A stretch of 64,000 nt of DNA, taken from Candidatus Chisholmbacteria bacterium RIFCSPHIGHO2_01_FULL_52_32. Lineage in GTDB: Bacteria > Patescibacteriota > Microgenomatia > UBA1400 > Chisholmbacteraceae. The stretch is from the NCBI GenBank assembly GCA_001816585.1, contig MHCJ01000006.1, forward strand, positions 64,040-128,039, in the 5' to 3' direction. A program made the translations under genes and the position numbers. Shown here piece after piece: positions 48,255 through 60,060 of the stretch (positions within the stretch are counted from its first letter, which is position 1; every line of letters begins with the position of its first letter). The notes beneath the pieces are model-generated. The model was not told where the DNA came from and searched no databases. It worked only from the letters and a program-made list of their open reading frames with translations.

Positions 48255-51200
48255 TTAATTTTCTCCACTCCAGTCTTTACAAAGTAAATTTGCCTGTTCC
48301 AATACGGTTTGTGTTGCGCTTTCCTGTTTGTCCGGTGGGTAGTTGTACTTTCGTAAAAGCTTCTTAACATACACTCTTAATTTTGCTTGAACGTTTTCTT
48401 TGATTGTCCAGTCAATGGTGGTGTTTTTACGAAGCATGGACACAAGCTCTCTGGCAATCTGCATGAGTATTTTATCTCCCAACTCCCGGATGGCGCTTTC
48501 ATTGACGCATAGCGCATCATAAAAGGCCACTTCCTCGGGGCTAAGCCCAATCTCTCCACCTCGTTCTTTTTCTTTCTTAATTTTCTTGGCCAGTTCAACC
48601 AGTTCAGCGATCACTTGGGCGGCTTCGATAGTGCGATTCTGGTATTTCTTAATTGTCTCCTCAAGCATCTGAGCAAAAGAGCGTGATTTTACCAGATTAG
48701 ACCTCATCATAGTGACAATTTCATCATTTAGCAGGCGCTTAAGCATCTCAAAGGCCAAATTCTTATGAGGCAAATCTTTAACTTCAGCCAAGAATTCATC
48801 AGAAAGAATGGAAATATCCGGTGTTTTAATTCCTGTTGCCGAGTAGATATCAATAACCTTATCCGAAACAATCGCTCCCGAAACTATCTGTTTGATTGCC
48901 TCCTGATAATCTTCGTCAGTTGGTCCTCCGCCACCGCCCCCGCCGCCAGATTTTCTAATACCAGCTTTTACCGATTGGAAAAAGGCAACTTCGTCTCTGA
49001 TTTTCAGAGCCTCCTCATCGGGTACGGATAGGGAAAAGGCAAATGAAAGCTCAGTTACAGCCTGGATGTACCGCTTCTGCCCGTCTTCCAAGCCGAGAAT
49101 ATAATCCATAGCCGAAGCAATAAGTCTAGTACGCTCAGAAGCCGAGCCTTTTAATTTATCTTTATACTCAAACCCGTGGTACATCTGACAAACAACCTCG
49201 TACTTTTCAAGCATGATCCTGACTGCTTCTTCTTGGGGTATGGCTACTTTCTTGCGGTCATTGTCAGTGTAGTAAGCCAAAGCGTCCTTCAGCTCCGGTG
49301 CAATACCCAGATAGTCAACGATCAGTCCTCCTTGTTTGTCTTTAAAGACTCTGTTGACTCGAGCCACAGTCTGCATCAGTCCATGACCTTTCATTGGTTT
49401 GTCAATATACATGGTGTGCAGACACGGCACATCAAAGCCTGTCAACCACATATCCCGAACAATGACTAATTTTAATTTATCGTTGGGGTCTTTCATTCGA
49501 TTGGCTATATCGTGCCTTACCTGTTTGGTGCGGATATGTTTTTGCCAGTCCAAAGGATCAGCGGCTGACCCGGTCATCACTACTTTCAAAAATCCATCCC
49601 GATCATCATCAGAAGCCCAGTTTGGTCGAAGCTTAACCAGTTCGTTGTATAGCTCAACCGCAATCCTCCGGCTCATTGCCACCACCATACCTTTGCCGTC
49701 AACTGCTGAAAGTCTAGTTTCAAAATGTTCAACTAAATCCTTGGCGATAAGAGAAATACGCTTTGGAGCTCCAACCAAAGCTTCAAGCCGGGCCCATTTG
49801 CTCTTAAGCTTTTCTTTCTTTTCCACTTCTTCTCCTTCTGTTAATTCTTCAAACTCCGGGTCAATTTTAGGCCGTTCTTCTTCCTTTAAAGAAATCTTAG
49901 CCAGCCTTGCCTCATAGTAAATCGGTACTGTTGCTTTATCCTCAACTGCCTGGGAAACATCATAAACGTCAACATATTCTCCAAAAACTGCTCTGGTGTT
50001 TTTGTCTGTCAGCTCAATTGGAGTGCCGGTAAAGCCGATAAACGAAGCGTTGGGAAGTGCATCTCTCATGTGGCGGGCAAAACCATCGATAAAGTCATAC
50101 TGGCTACGGTGAGCCTCATCGGCAATAACCACAATATTTGTCCGCTCCGAGAGCATCTGGTAGTCATGTTTGCCGTTTTCGGGGAAAAACTTTTGGATAG
50201 TGGTAAAAACCACGCCACCAGAAGCAACTTTTAAGTATTCTTTTAATTGTTCCCGGCTTTCTGCCTGTTTGGGAGTTTGCCGAAGTAAACTTGAACAGCG
50301 GGAAAAGGTTCCAAACAACTGATCGTCCAAGTCATTTCTGTCTGTCAAAACCACAATCGTCGGGTTATCAAGTGCCTGGATGATTTTTCCGGCATAAAAG
50401 ACCATAGTTAAACTCTTGCCTGATCCTTGCGTATGCCAAACCACGCCACAGCGCCGGTCTCCTTCTTTTCCGGTTGCTTCCATTGTCTTAGAAACAGCCT
50501 TATTGGTAGCATGATACTGATGGTAAGCAGCTACTTTTTTGCTGATTTTCTCACCATCAGTCTCAAAGACCACAAAGTTATTGATAATATCCAAAAGTCT
50601 TTGTTTTTCAAAAATCCCTTTTAACAATACTTCCAGCTGAGGCACCGAGTTTGGCGCTAAATCCTGACCCTCAATAGTCCGCCACCTGGTAAACCACTCC
50701 ATGTTTGAAGAAATCGTTCCGGCTCTGGCTTCCAAACCATCGCTGATGATTGCCAGTTCGTTATAGGCAAAAAGAGAAGGAATTTCGCTTTTGTAGGTTT
50801 GAATCTGGTTAAAAGCGCCTTTAACAGTAGCTCCGGTATCTGCCGGGTTTTTCAGCTCGATAACCGCAACAGGAAGACCATTGATAAAGATAACGACATC
50901 CGGTCGTCTTTGGGCTCTGTTTTCGATAACCGTGTATTGGTTGACTGCCAGAAAATCGTTTTTATCAGGCTTGCTCAAATCCAAAAGTTTTACTTTATCT
51001 CCGGCAATTGAGCCATCTGTCCGTTGATATTCAACATCCACACCGTCACGAAGCATGGCATGAAAGGCTTTGTTGTTTACTGCCAGTTGAGGGCTTAAAG
51101 TAGATACTCGAAGCACTTTGCGTAAAGCATCTTCTCGGGCTCCCTCCGGTATATCCGGATTCAAACGGTTAATCGCATTTTGTAATCGTTCTACTAAAAC

Positions 51201-51341
51201 TACATCAGAGTAGCTTTTACGTTCCGGCCTTTCACCATCTGGCGGTGGAGCAATCTCTGGTCCTCCAACCACGCTATACCCAAGCTCTGAAAGCCACTCC
51301 AGCGTTGCCTGTTCTAAATCTGATTCTGTATATTTAGACAT
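48255..51341 (-). CDS. hsdR: type I restriction enzyme R subunit HsdR
   Basis: HsdR N-terminal domain, SF2 helicase motifs [26 protein letters not shown]; 1028 aa. Confidence 0.9.
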   Translation of the reverse strand: MSKYTESDLEQATLEWLSELGYSVVGGPEIAPPPDGERPERKSYSDVVLVERLQNAINRLNPDIPEGAREDALRKVLRVSTLSPQLAVNNKAFHAMLRDGVDVEYQRTDGSIAGDKVKLLDLSKPDKNDFLAVNQYTVIENRAQRRPDVVIFINGLPVAVIELKNPADTGATVKGAFNQIQTYKSEIPSLFAYNELAIISDGLEARAGTISSNMEWFTRWRTIEGQDLAPNSVPQLEVLLKGIFEKQRLLDIINNFVVFETDGEKISKKVAAYHQYHATNKAVSKTMEATGKEGDRRCGVVWHTQGSGKSLTMVFYAGKIIQALDNPTIVVLTDRNDLDDQLFGTFSRCSSLLRQTPKQAESREQLKEYLKVASGGVVFTTIQKFFPENGKHDYQMLSERTNIVVIADEAHRSQYDFIDGFARHMRDALPNASFIGFTGTPIELTDKNTRAVFGEYVDVYDVSQAVEDKATVPIYYEARLAKISLKEEERPKIDPEFEELTEGEEVEKKEKLKSKWARLEALVGAPKRISLIAKDLVEHFETRLSAVDGKGMVVAMSRRIAVELYNELVKLRPNWASDDDRDGFLKVVMTGSAADPLDWQKHIRTKQVRHDIANRMKDPNDKLKLVIVRDMWLTGFDVPCLHTMYIDKPMKGHGLMQTVARVNRVFKDKQGGLIVDYLGIAPELKDALAYYTDNDRKKVAIPQEEAVRIMLEKYEVVCQMYHGFEYKDKLKGSASERTRLIASAMDYILGLEDGQKRYIQAVTELSFAFSLSVPDEEALKIRDEVAFFQSVKAGIRKSGGGGGGGGPTDEDYQEAIKQIVSGAIVSDKVIDIYSATGIKTPDISILSDEFLAEVKDLPHKNLAFEMLKRLLNDEIVTMMRSNLVKSRSFAQMLEETIKKYQNRTIEAAQVIAELVELAKKIKKEKERGGEIGLSPEEVAFYDALCVNESAIRELGDKILMQIARELVSMLRKNTTIDWTIKENVQAKLRVYVKKLLRKYNYPPDKQESATQTVLEQANLLCKDWSGEN

Positions 51342-51343
51342 AT

Positions 51344-53776
51344 TTAGTAAACTTTTTCAGTTATTTTTATAAATTCGGCAATGTGATTATCTAGTTCAGA
51401 GATTGCCGATGGAATTTCTTTGTCTGCATGTAACAAATTTGAGTAACTGCAATACTTATAAATATTTCTTATTCTTTCCAAATCGGTATCGTTCAGCTTG
51501 ATAAGTTTTCCTTTACCAGATATTAAATTGTCGGTAACCTGAGTAAAGTTATCCTCTTTGTTCCATAATAGTAGTTCGTTTTTGATAAATCTTTCTATGG
51601 CTAACCGCAAAAGCTGACCATATTTCAAAGCTATTGCCTCTAGGCATAATGTGCCCTTTTTTGCCTGCTCTGTCATCTCCTGATAACACTGTTTTACATC
51701 CGCAAGTAAGTCAAATCCAGGATCAGAGTAGATAAAGCTTCCACCGAATTCTTCTCTATTTCTAGCTATACCAAACGTGATCGGGTTGGGATTCTCACAC
51801 TTTGATAAATACTTATAAAAAAGCGGGTGATGGGTTAATACGACAATCTGCCCAAAGGTTTTAGTTTTTTCATGGATGAGATCCGATAGTATCTTCAGAT
51901 TGGGAGCGTCAAGACTAGTTATTGGATCGTCTAGAATCAAGATAACGTCTTTTTTGTCACCAATATTCTCGTTCAACGCAAAGAAAAACGCCAAGGAAAC
52001 CATCTGTCTTTCGCCTTCTGATAAACCTTGCTTAAAAGCTCTTTCCTTTCCGCTTTTATCGTATATTCTGAAAGAAAAGGGGTACTCCTTCGTCTTCGGT
52101 GAAAGCTTAATATGCTTAAGTGTAAAATTGAGGTTGAAACGACCAATGATTTTTATCATTAAGTCAATGAGAGATTGAGGTATTTTCTCTGATAAATACT
52201 TTTCTAAATTGTCTTCTAACAAATCTACTTCCTGATCTAATTTTTCTTTTTCAGACTTTACCTTCTCGTGCTTTTTAATTTGCTCAACTCTTTCTCCTTC
52301 AACAAATGCGTAGATTCCTTCAAGTTCAGCAATCTTGTTGTTTACTTTTTGATGCTCTAGGTCAGTGTTCCTTTTTACCGAATATTTCTGTTTAAACTGG
52401 TTGATTTTTTGGTTCTTACTATCAATAAATTTGTTAAATTCAGTTATCAACTTGTCGAGTTTAACAAAAAAAGCATTTAATTCATCATAAGCGGAATCGG
52501 TACAATATTTTGGTTTTTCTAAAGTTTTCAGTTGCTGTAAAGCCCGCTGAAGTATTGATATTGCCTGAGAGGCTTTACTGCATATTTCAAATTTCTTATT
52601 GTAAGAAATCTTCTCGTCAATATTGTAAAGATCTTTAATTTCAAATTCCTGATTTACTTTCTCAAAAGAAGAAAAAGCCTCGAGTACATCTTCTGGTAAA
52701 TTAGTTATGAAGGTAAGATATTCCGTAATTTCTTGTTCAAGATTTTGAATATCGCTTAGGTATTTTTGCTTCTCGTTTTCATATGTTTTGTCAAATACCT
52801 GTCGATAATATTTGATGACAGCTGTTGCACCAGATAACGGTTGCATACACAGTGGACAGTTTTTGTTCTTTGTATCTGTAATCCTTTTATAATTTTCATC
52901 TTTTTCTAGGAATGACTTATGTTGCTCATAATGTGCTTTTATTAAAGAATCCGCACCATCTCCAGCAGTTTTTTTAATATCCCTTTCGAAAAGTTCAATA
53001 TAGACCTTCTTTGAAGAAATCTGGGGTCGGTCTGACAATTGATTTATCGTTTGAATCCCTGCTATTTGTGCTGACTTGTTTAGTAGTTTTGTGAGACGAT
53101 CCTTGTCTTTTTTTTGATCTGAAATTTCACTTAAAGTCCTTTTGGCAAGTGCTCCTTTTTGATTTTTATTTAAACTTTTATATTTGTTAAACAAGACTAT
53201 CTCTTCCGGGGAGACTGTTAGGTGCAATATGTCCTTGTTGTTGCTTTCAAACTGACTTAAGGCCATCTTTTTTTCCGAAAGATCCATCTTTTGTTTATTT
53301 GCCTGAGCGTCTAAGCTGATAATGAGATTGCCAGCGTTTTGGGTGTGATATCCCTGGATATTGCTAATCGTCCCGTGGGAGTGGATATTTTTATCTATAA
53401 AGTCAACATCAAAAAATAGGATATGTTTTTGTTCTTTTGGTGTATCATCCCATTTTCCTTGCTCGAAGCGGTATGTCTTCGTTGATATATTCCTTTTTAT
53501 ATAAGTTTTTCCATTTGGAGCTGTGTTTTTACTTAACTCAACGGTCTCAAGCTCAACTTCTGACAATACGGGTTTATCGCCTTCAAATCTTTGAAAACCA
53601 GTTAAGTCTTTCAGTATTTCACAGACTGAAGATTTCCCAGACCTGTTTTCTCCAAAGAAAACTGTAAAAGGAGAAAATGAACACTCTCTTCCAGTTTTAT
53701 CCTTACATAAACAATCCCACTGAAAATCTTGAAACGGTTTGTAATTTTTTATAGTTTTTATCTTCTTAATTTTCAT
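51344..53776 (-). CDS. RloC-like Rad50/SMC-type ABC ATPase with coiled-coil CPxC zinc hook and C-terminal putative anticodon-nuclease-like region
   Basis: Walker [10 protein letters not shown], signature LSEGERQ, Walker [15 protein letters not shown]-loop VVLTHH; ~450-aa coiled-coil insert with CPLC; embedded in hsd operon. Confidence 0.6.
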   Translation of the reverse strand: MKIKKIKTIKNYKPFQDFQWDCLCKDKTGRECSFSPFTVFFGENRSGKSSVCEILKDLTGFQRFEGDKPVLSEVELETVELSKNTAPNGKTYIKRNISTKTYRFEQGKWDDTPKEQKHILFFDVDFIDKNIHSHGTISNIQGYHTQNAGNLIISLDAQANKQKMDLSEKKMALSQFESNNKDILHLTVSPEEIVLFNKYKSLNKNQKGALAKRTLSEISDQKKDKDRLTKLLNKSAQIAGIQTINQLSDRPQISSKKVYIELFERDIKKTAGDGADSLIKAHYEQHKSFLEKDENYKRITDTKNKNCPLCMQPLSGATAVIKYYRQVFDKTYENEKQKYLSDIQNLEQEITEYLTFITNLPEDVLEAFSSFEKVNQEFEIKDLYNIDEKISYNKKFEICSKASQAISILQRALQQLKTLEKPKYCTDSAYDELNAFFVKLDKLITEFNKFIDSKNQKINQFKQKYSVKRNTDLEHQKVNNKIAELEGIYAFVEGERVEQIKKHEKVKSEKEKLDQEVDLLEDNLEKYLSEKIPQSLIDLMIKIIGRFNLNFTLKHIKLSPKTKEYPFSFRIYDKSGKERAFKQGLSEGERQMVSLAFFFALNENIGDKKDVILILDDPITSLDAPNLKILSDLIHEKTKTFGQIVVLTHHPLFYKYLSKCENPNPITFGIARNREEFGGSFIYSDPGFDLLADVKQCYQEMTEQAKKGTLCLEAIALKYGQLLRLAIERFIKNELLLWNKEDNFTQVTDNLISGKGKLIKLNDTDLERIRNIYKYCSYSNLLHADKEIPSAISELDNHIAEFIKITEKVY

Positions 53777-55052
53777 AATCCCTTACTCTTAATTTTCCAC
53801 TCATTAACCTTGGTAAAAGTGAATCTCTTATAGATGTTAGACGCTCAATCTCATCATGTGTTTGTCGATATTTAGAAAACAATAAATCTATAAGGCCACT
53901 AAATTCGGCAAGTATTTCTTTTTTCGGAAGAACTACAGGAATTGAATTTAAATTGTTTTGATTAAGTTTTGGTTGAACAGCTCCTGTGATATAAGGTGCA
54001 ATATTTGTAACTTCAAGAAAAAGCTTTAAAACTTCAGTTGAAAATCCATTTTTACCCTTTAGTACATGGGCATGATTGTTGACCCAAAATTTTCCCCATA
54101 CATACTGTGTGACTGCAGTTTCTTTGTTGGTGATTACCGTTCCGTCTTCTCCAACCAATAAATATATTCCGTCAAAAATGAAGTCATTAACATGATCCAT
54201 TACGCCAGTTGCGCCGTAGTACCTAAAGTCTCCTTTGCGTTTCTCTCTTTCTCTATTCGATAGAGGTATTCTTTTTGAGTCAAAATTTTCTACAACATTT
54301 CCAAAGTGTCCAGCTTCCCACCCCTCCGGTATCTCTCCTAATTCCGAATTCACCATTTTGCCACCGCTTGATTTGTAAGGCCTACCATTTTCATCGGGGA
54401 ATTCAAAATCTACAAACCATTGCTTAAAGAGTGCCTTGCCGATTTCCTCAAGCGTATTGTTCATTTTCCGGTTGAGCTCGATCTTGTCATCAAGAGAAGA
54501 GAGGATCAAAATGATTATCTGTTGCTCGTGAATACTAGGTAATGCAAGCTTTATCAATTCAATAATTTGCCGGTTAGCGATATTGACTTGAACACTTCCT
54601 GTTGAGCGAGATGTTATTGAAGTAAATCCATATCTTGAGGTAAAAAAATACTTTAAATAGTCTGGTAATATCTTTTCAGTGTCAGGCCTTAAAGCTAAGA
54701 GCGCCTGGCTGATGATTCCTTTTGGGTCTTCGTCCGTAATGATTGATACCTTACCAAGCGTACCCGAACAACTAATGATCAGGTCATTTACTTTTACTTG
54801 AAATCTTTTTAGTTCTTCAAATTTTTCTTCATCTATATAGTATCTAAAGTCTCGAACACCATATATTGCGTGTTGTTGCTCATAGACAGGTATTCCTTCC
54901 GATTTTAGCTCAGGTCTTCTTAGCGCTGAACCGAAAGGCCCTCTGATATATCCTTTTTCTGACAATACATCCCTTAATTCAACTAGCTCCCAAGTTTGTG
55001 GAATTTCGCCGATTTCGGTTTGTTTGTAATTTGTTTTAGATGTCATATCCAA
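53766..55052 (-). CDS. hsdS: type I restriction-modification specificity subunit HsdS (two TRDs)
   Basis: Conserved HsdS N-terminal and central repeat regions; overlaps hsdM by 17 nt. Confidence 0.85.
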   Translation of the reverse strand: MDMTSKTNYKQTEIGEIPQTWELVELRDVLSEKGYIRGPFGSALRRPELKSEGIPVYEQQHAIYGVRDFRYYIDEEKFEELKRFQVKVNDLIISCSGTLGKVSIITDEDPKGIISQALLALRPDTEKILPDYLKYFFTSRYGFTSITSRSTGSVQVNIANRQIIELIKLALPSIHEQQIIILILSSLDDKIELNRKMNNTLEEIGKALFKQWFVDFEFPDENGRPYKSSGGKMVNSELGEIPEGWEAGHFGNVVENFDSKRIPLSNREREKRKGDFRYYGATGVMDHVNDFIFDGIYLLVGEDGTVITNKETAVTQYVWGKFWVNNHAHVLKGKNGFSTEVLKLFLEVTNIAPYITGAVQPKLNQNNLNSIPVVLPKKEILAEFSGLIDLLFSKYRQTHDEIERLTSIRDSLLPRLMSGKLRVRDYEN

Positions 55053-56562
55053 CTTTTTTTAAATTCTCCTTTATTTTCTGTTCCAACTCTTTGGATTGTT
55101 TGAATTGCACTGAAAGTTCTTTTGTTAATCTTGCCATTTTTTCTTCGAATACTTCGTCATCTTCCATTTCAAAATCTGTACCCACATAGCGGCCTGGAGT
55201 TAAAACAAATCCATTCTTTTCTACTTCTTCAATCGTGGCAACCTTGCAAAAGCCCTTTTTATCCTCATACTTGCTGTTCTTGTTTCTCCAGTTGTGGTAG
55301 GTTTGGGAAATCGTGGCTATATCTTCATCGGTCAATTCCCGGTGTCTGCGGTCGATCATCTTACCCATCTTGCGTGCGTCGATAAATAGGATTTCATTGT
55401 GCCTGTCCCGAAACTTGTTGTTGTATCTGTCTCTTGAGACAAACCAAAGACATGCTGGAATTTGCGTGGTATAAAAAAGCTTATCCGGCATGGCGATAAT
55501 ACAATCCACCAAGCCGTTCTTAACCAGATTTTTTCTAATTTCTCCCTCTCCTGAAGTGTTTGACGAGAGCGACCCGTTAGCCATGACAAATCCGGCAATC
55601 CCTATTGGTGACAAATGATGAATAAAGTGCTGGATCCAAGCATAGTTGGCGTTTCCTGTCGGAGGTGTACCGTATTTCCAACGCATATCCTCACGTAATC
55701 TTTCACCGCCCCAGTCGCTGATGTTAAACGGAGGATTGGCTAGGATAAAATCGCTTTTTAAGTCTTTGTGCTGATCGTTGTGGAAGCTATCACCAAGCAA
55801 GATATGCTTACTCTCAATTCCTCTTATGGCAAGGTTCATCTTACAAAGCCTCCAAGTGGTAGCGTTTGACTCCTGACCAAAGATAGCGACATCGTCAAGC
55901 CTGCCGCCGTGAGTCTCGATAAACTTCTCGCTCTGAACAAACATGCCTCCTGATCCGCAACACGGGTCAAAAACACGGCCTTTGTAAGGCTCGATCATGT
56001 AGACCAAAAGTCTTACTACCGAAGCCGGGGTAAAAAACTCTCCGCCGCCCTTGCCTTCAGCGCTGGCAAATCGGCCGATAAAGTACTCATAGACTCGTCC
56101 AAGTACATCTTTTGACCGGCTTTCTTTATCTCCCAGTCCAATTGTACCGATAAGATCGATCAATTCTCCTAAGCGCTGTTTGTCTAAAGTTGGCCGGGCA
56201 TAATCTTTGGGAAGCACGCCTTTAAGCGAGAGGTTTTCTTTTTCAATTGCCACCATGGCATCGTCAACCAGTTTGCCTATTTCTGCTTTCTTGGCATTTT
56301 GTAAAAGGGAATTCCAGCGGGCTTCTTGGGGTACCCAGAAGACGTTTTCTGCTAGGTATTCGTCTTTGTCTTCGGGATCTGATAATTTGTCAGCTTTTAA
56401 TTTTTCGTGGAGTTCTTCGAAGGAGTCGGAGATATATTTAAGAAAGATAAGGCCAAGTACAACATGTTTGTACTCCGAGGGGTCCATGTTGTTTCGCATT
56501 TTGTCGGACGCCGCCCAGAGTTTTTCCTCAAACCCCAGATTGGCCGAGGTTGTTTTTTTCAT
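55036..56562 (-). CDS. hsdM: type I restriction-modification N6-adenine DNA methyltransferase HsdM
   Basis: HsdM N-terminal domain, FxGxG SAM motif, catalytic NPPF ([12 protein letters not shown]). Confidence 0.9.
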   Translation of the reverse strand: MKKTTSANLGFEEKLWAASDKMRNNMDPSEYKHVVLGLIFLKYISDSFEELHEKLKADKLSDPEDKDEYLAENVFWVPQEARWNSLLQNAKKAEIGKLVDDAMVAIEKENLSLKGVLPKDYARPTLDKQRLGELIDLIGTIGLGDKESRSKDVLGRVYEYFIGRFASAEGKGGGEFFTPASVVRLLVYMIEPYKGRVFDPCCGSGGMFVQSEKFIETHGGRLDDVAIFGQESNATTWRLCKMNLAIRGIESKHILLGDSFHNDQHKDLKSDFILANPPFNISDWGGERLREDMRWKYGTPPTGNANYAWIQHFIHHLSPIGIAGFVMANGSLSSNTSGEGEIRKNLVKNGLVDCIIAMPDKLFYTTQIPACLWFVSRDRYNNKFRDRHNEILFIDARKMGKMIDRRHRELTDEDIATISQTYHNWRNKNSKYEDKKGFCKVATIEEVEKNGFVLTPGRYVGTDFEMEDDEVFEEKMARLTKELSVQFKQSKELEQKIKENLKKVGYDI

Positions 56563-56592
56563 AATTTTAAATTCTCCTATTTTTAAAATTCT

Positions 56593-56796
56593 CTACTTTT
56601 TCTTTTTTTGAGATTTGCTTTTTATATATGCTTCAATATCTTCTTTTTTATACCTGCGGTCACCAATACCACGCCTGGTGCCGATCCTAACAGCTTTTAA
56701 TATGTTGTCATTGTCCCATCTGCGGAGCGTCTGTTCGTTCACCTTCAAAATTTGGGCTGCTTGCTTGAGAGTTAGTAATTCGTCTATGCCTGTCAT
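56593..56796 (-). CDS. excisionase/MerR-like HTH DNA-binding protein
   Basis: LTLKQAAQILKVNEQTLRRW HTH; first gene of the minus-strand island operon. Confidence 0.6.
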   Translation of the reverse strand: MTGIDELLTLKQAAQILKVNEQTLRRWDNDNILKAVRIGTRRGIGDRRYKKEDIEAYIKSKSQKKKK

Positions 56797-56868
56797 ACAT
56801 TAATTGTCTTTAATTATACATTTATTATTGTAAAAAGGGAAACGAACAAGTAGAATATAAACAGATCA

Positions 56869-56953
56869 GAGCTGCGAAATATGCCTTCGGCGTGGTCTTG
56901 AACCCAAAAAGGGGCGACTCTCGTAGGGTTCAAGGCTTCGCAGCTCTGAATAC
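56869..56953. repeat. 85-nt imperfect palindrome with perfect 12-bp terminal inverted repeats
   Basis: CAGAGCTGCGAA ... TTCGCAGCTCTG with internal GCCTTGAACCC/GGGTTCAAGGC complementarity; in divergent intergenic region. Confidence 0.55.
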
Positions 56954-57001
56954 TGGGGGTCGTCCCTTTCTGTTTGGAGGATGACCCAGAAAAGATAATA
57001 T

Positions 57002-57850
57002 ATGGGTCATAAAAATATTTTTGCTTCCGATGGTTGCCTAGCCCAACTTGTTTTCTTTGTTTTTGTGTTGATCTGTTTATTTTCCTACCCACCTTACGGA
57101 TTGTTACTGGGTATCGGAATCCTCTTTATAAGATTTCAACTTCATAAAAAGAAAAAGCTTGAGAAACAAAAAATAGAACTCGAACAAGTTCAAAAGGAGA
57201 TGGATGAGGAAGAGAAAATTAACAAAAGATTTGATGAGATGGATAAAGTTATCAACTCCATGATTAAAAAGGGAAAGATAGATAAGAATTTTATTAAAAC
57301 GCAGTTCGCTGATCTGATCCCAGCTGATATATATTCATCAGAGAAGGAAAAGGATAATCTTATTGATGAACACATAAAAAGACGGTTAAAAGGATTGGCT
57401 TATGAAGAGCGAGAATTGCGAAAACATGAGGCAGATACTTTTATGGCAAGATCGTATCTTCAAAGAAAGAAAATACAAACTCTAAAAAAGAATTTAAGAC
57501 AAGTTGATGATTTATTTGATTTAACACCTGTCGAGTTCGAGAAATGGGTAAAACGCAATATCTTTGAAAAAAAAGACTGGGAGGTAACGGAAACAAAAGC
57601 CACCGGTGATGGCGGTATAGACCTAATCCTAAATCGACAAGATGAACACTCCATAGCTCAATGTAAAAGGTTCAAAAAAACAGTTGGTGAACCGCTTATA
57701 AGGGATTTCTATGGTGTAATGATAAGTGAAGGCGTCAGTAAAGGTTATTTTGTAACTACCGGCCTATTTTCCTTATCTGCTCTTAAATTTGCAGAAGGCA
57801 AACCAATTGAAATGATTGACAGGCGAGTTTTAGCTCAAAAATACCTTTAA
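57002..57850 (+). CDS. membrane-anchored restriction endonuclease (Mrr-cat domain, PD-(D/E)xK) with coiled-coil linker
   Basis: N-terminal TM helices, Lys/Glu coiled coil, C-terminal GDGGIDL...IAQCKRF...GYFVTTGLFS Mrr-cat motifs. Confidence 0.7.
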   Translation: MGHKNIFASDGCLAQLVFFVFVLICLFSYPPYGLLLGIGILFIRFQLHKKKKLEKQKIELEQVQKEMDEEEKINKRFDEMDKVINSMIKKGKIDKNFIKTQFADLIPADIYSSEKEKDNLIDEHIKRRLKGLAYEERELRKHEADTFMARSYLQRKKIQTLKKNLRQVDDLFDLTPVEFEKWVKRNIFEKKDWEVTETKATGDGGIDLILNRQDEHSIAQCKRFKKTVGEPLIRDFYGVMISEGVSKGYFVTTGLFSLSALKFAEGKPIEMIDRRVLAQKYL

Positions 57851-58120
57851 TTTCTTTCAATACCCACCTTATGATTTGGTCGATATAACGGGCTAATTCC
57901 AATTTTTCCTATTGACAAAAGATTTACTCAACTGTTATCATTTATACAGCTTCTCTCAAGAAGCATAGGTTTAGTAAAGAGTACCTCTTCGTAGGAGCAA
58001 AAGGTCGAGTAAGGCCGGAGACTCCTTTTTTATTGCTTCCAAAAGTCCTTAGTTTAAGTTGTTGGTGATGGAGACATGATCTCCTGAGTGTCAGTTTTAA
58101 TAAATTGCTCAGGAGGTTTT

Positions 58121-58756
58121 ATGTCAAAACAATATAAAAACAAAAAATATTTAAAGCAAAAATATGAAGAGTTAGGTTCAACAAGAAAAGTCGGTAAATT
58201 CTTTGGAGTTTCCAATGGCACGATATGTTATTGGATGTCAAAGTACCGGATACCAAGAATCCCCAGATTAGATTTACAGGATAACAACTCAGGAAAAGGC
58301 AGACGAGGAGAGATTTATATTGTCGATCACCCTTATTTTCGAGGAAAAATAATTGATCTTGGACTAATTGACGATAAGTCAAAACGTGATCTTATCTGGG
58401 ACTCAAACTCCATTGACGTTAAAACTAGCCATTACAGGAGGCCAATTTTTAGAACAAAAGTAAAAAGGCATCGCTGTATTTTTTATATTTGCCTTTATTA
58501 CGATTATAAAGTCAGTGAATTCGTTCCGGTTGAGGTTTGGATTACTCCTGCACGTATTGCTTCCCATGAGAACATCGCTCCTGGTTTTAAGAAAAAGTCA
58601 AAATTTGACAAATATCGTCTGTCAAATCTCAGGGGAAAAGCTTTTAGCACTGATGAAGAAAAGAAATATAACCAGGAGTTCGAAAAACGTTACCAAAAAC
58701 TAATTGATAAAAAGAAAGCTCAAAGAACTAGAAAAAGCAAGGAGGTATCTCAATGA
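58121..58756 (+). CDS. HTH-domain protein of unknown function, first gene of Topo-VI-like operon
   Basis: AGGAGG RBS; N-terminal HTH (LGSTRKVGKFFGVSNGTICYWM); 4-nt overlap with downstream GHKL gene. Confidence 0.45.
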   Translation: MSKQYKNKKYLKQKYEELGSTRKVGKFFGVSNGTICYWMSKYRIPRIPRLDLQDNNSGKGRRGEIYIVDHPYFRGKIIDLGLIDDKSKRDLIWDSNSIDVKTSHYRRPIFRTKVKRHRCIFYICLYYDYKVSEFVPVEVWITPARIASHENIAPGFKKKSKFDKYRLSNLRGKAFSTDEEKKYNQEFEKRYQKLIDKKKAQRTRKSKEVSQ

Positions 58757-60060
58757 AAAAACCACAATTCGTCCGTAAGCTTTTTACCACCAGTCGACTT
58801 CTGGAGTTTTTTACCGAAAAAGAACTATCGATGCAAATAGGTCACAGTAAAGAATGGTGGCCAATTGCTCTTTTAAAAGAACTTATTGATAACTCACTTG
58901 ACGCTGCAGAAAATATAAACAAACCCCCGGAAATCCAGATAGTAATTGCTGAAAACTATTTTTCTGTCGAAGACAACGGTCCTGGGATCCCTGATAAAGT
59001 GATTAATCGTTCATTGAACTACACCGTAAGAGTGTCGGATAAAAGCTATTATGTGAGTCCCACCCGAGGACAACTGGGAAATGCGCTTAAATGTGTATAT
59101 GCCGCCCCTTTTGTCGCTAATGGTGAAATAGGCAAGATTGAAATAGTGAACGGTAAAAAAACGTATATGATCGAGGTTGTTTTGGATCGAATAGACCAGA
59201 AACCAAAAATAAAGTTAAACAAACTCGATGAAGGCAATTGTAAAAAAGTGACAGTTTTTTACACAGATTCAGCAGGCTTACTTTTAACACCGAAAGTTTC
59301 AAATATTTACAAAACCCCAATGGACGCAGAAACCCTCGTAAAAAGATATGCCATATTTAATCCACATGCGACATTCAATTTAAACGGTAAAACGTATGAA
59401 CCTTCCAGCACAGTTTGGAAAAAGTGGTTACCAACAGAGCCAACTTCACCACATTGGTATACACCAGAGCAACTCAAAACGCTGATTGCTGCATATTTGA
59501 GCATGGATCGAGACAGCGAAAAAACCGTAAGAGAATTCATTGCAGAGTTTAGGGGTCTTAGTGGTACGACTAAACAAAAAGAGGCCACAGATGATGCAGG
59601 ACTCTCAGGTAAGAGGTTGTGTGACTTGATCGTCAACAACGATATACCTTTAGCACCAATTGAGAAACTTCTGATGTCGCTTAAAAAACATAGCAGACAA
59701 GTAAAAGCCACTTCTTTAGGTTCAATCGGTGAAGAACATCTTAAAACTAGAATGATGAATGACTATCACATAGCCCCTAATAGCTTTAAGTATAAAAAGA
59801 TAGCCAAGATCGATGAGGTAACTAATTTACCACATGTCATAGAAATTGGTTTTGCTATCTATGACAAAGACCATGAGCAAAATTCCCGACAAGTAATATC
59901 TGGTCTAAATTGGTCACCAACATTTGATTTTTTGAGTGAGGCAAAAACAATGTTGTTTGAGAACCACATAGAACCACAAGATCCAGTTTGTGTGGTTTGT
60001 CATATCGCCCGGCCAAAATTTGAATATACCGACAAAGGAAAGGAGCAAGTATGTCTTTAA
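58753..60060 (+). CDS. Top6B-like GHKL (Bergerat-fold) ATPase
   Basis: N-box LKELIDNSLDAAE, G1 box VEDNGPGI, G2 box SPTRGQLGNAL. Confidence 0.7.
   Translation: MKKPQFVRKLFTTSRLLEFFTEKELSMQIGHSKEWWPIALLKELIDNSLDAAENINKPPEIQIVIAENYFSVEDNGPGIPDKVINRSLNYTVRVSDKSYYVSPTRGQLGNALKCVYAAPFVANGEIGKIEIVNGKKTYMIEVVLDRIDQKPKIKLNKLDEGNCKKVTVFYTDSAGLLLTPKVSNIYKTPMDAETLVKRYAIFNPHATFNLNGKTYEPSSTVWKKWLPTEPTSPHWYTPEQLKTLIAAYLSMDRDSEKTVREFIAEFRGLSGTTKQKEATDDAGLSGKRLCDLIVNNDIPLAPIEKLLMSLKKHSRQVKATSLGSIGEEHLKTRMMNDYHIAPNSFKYKKIAKIDEVTNLPHVIEIGFAIYDKDHEQNSRQVISGLNWSPTFDFLSEAKTMLFENHIEPQDPVCVVCHIARPKFEYTDKGKEQVCL

Noticed and set aside
56869-56953. 85-nt hairpin considered as a tRNA (possible island integration target)
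   Set aside because: The 12-bp terminal stem is too long for an acceptor stem, there is no TTCRANY T-loop with a complementary 5-bp stem, and no D-arm on either strand.
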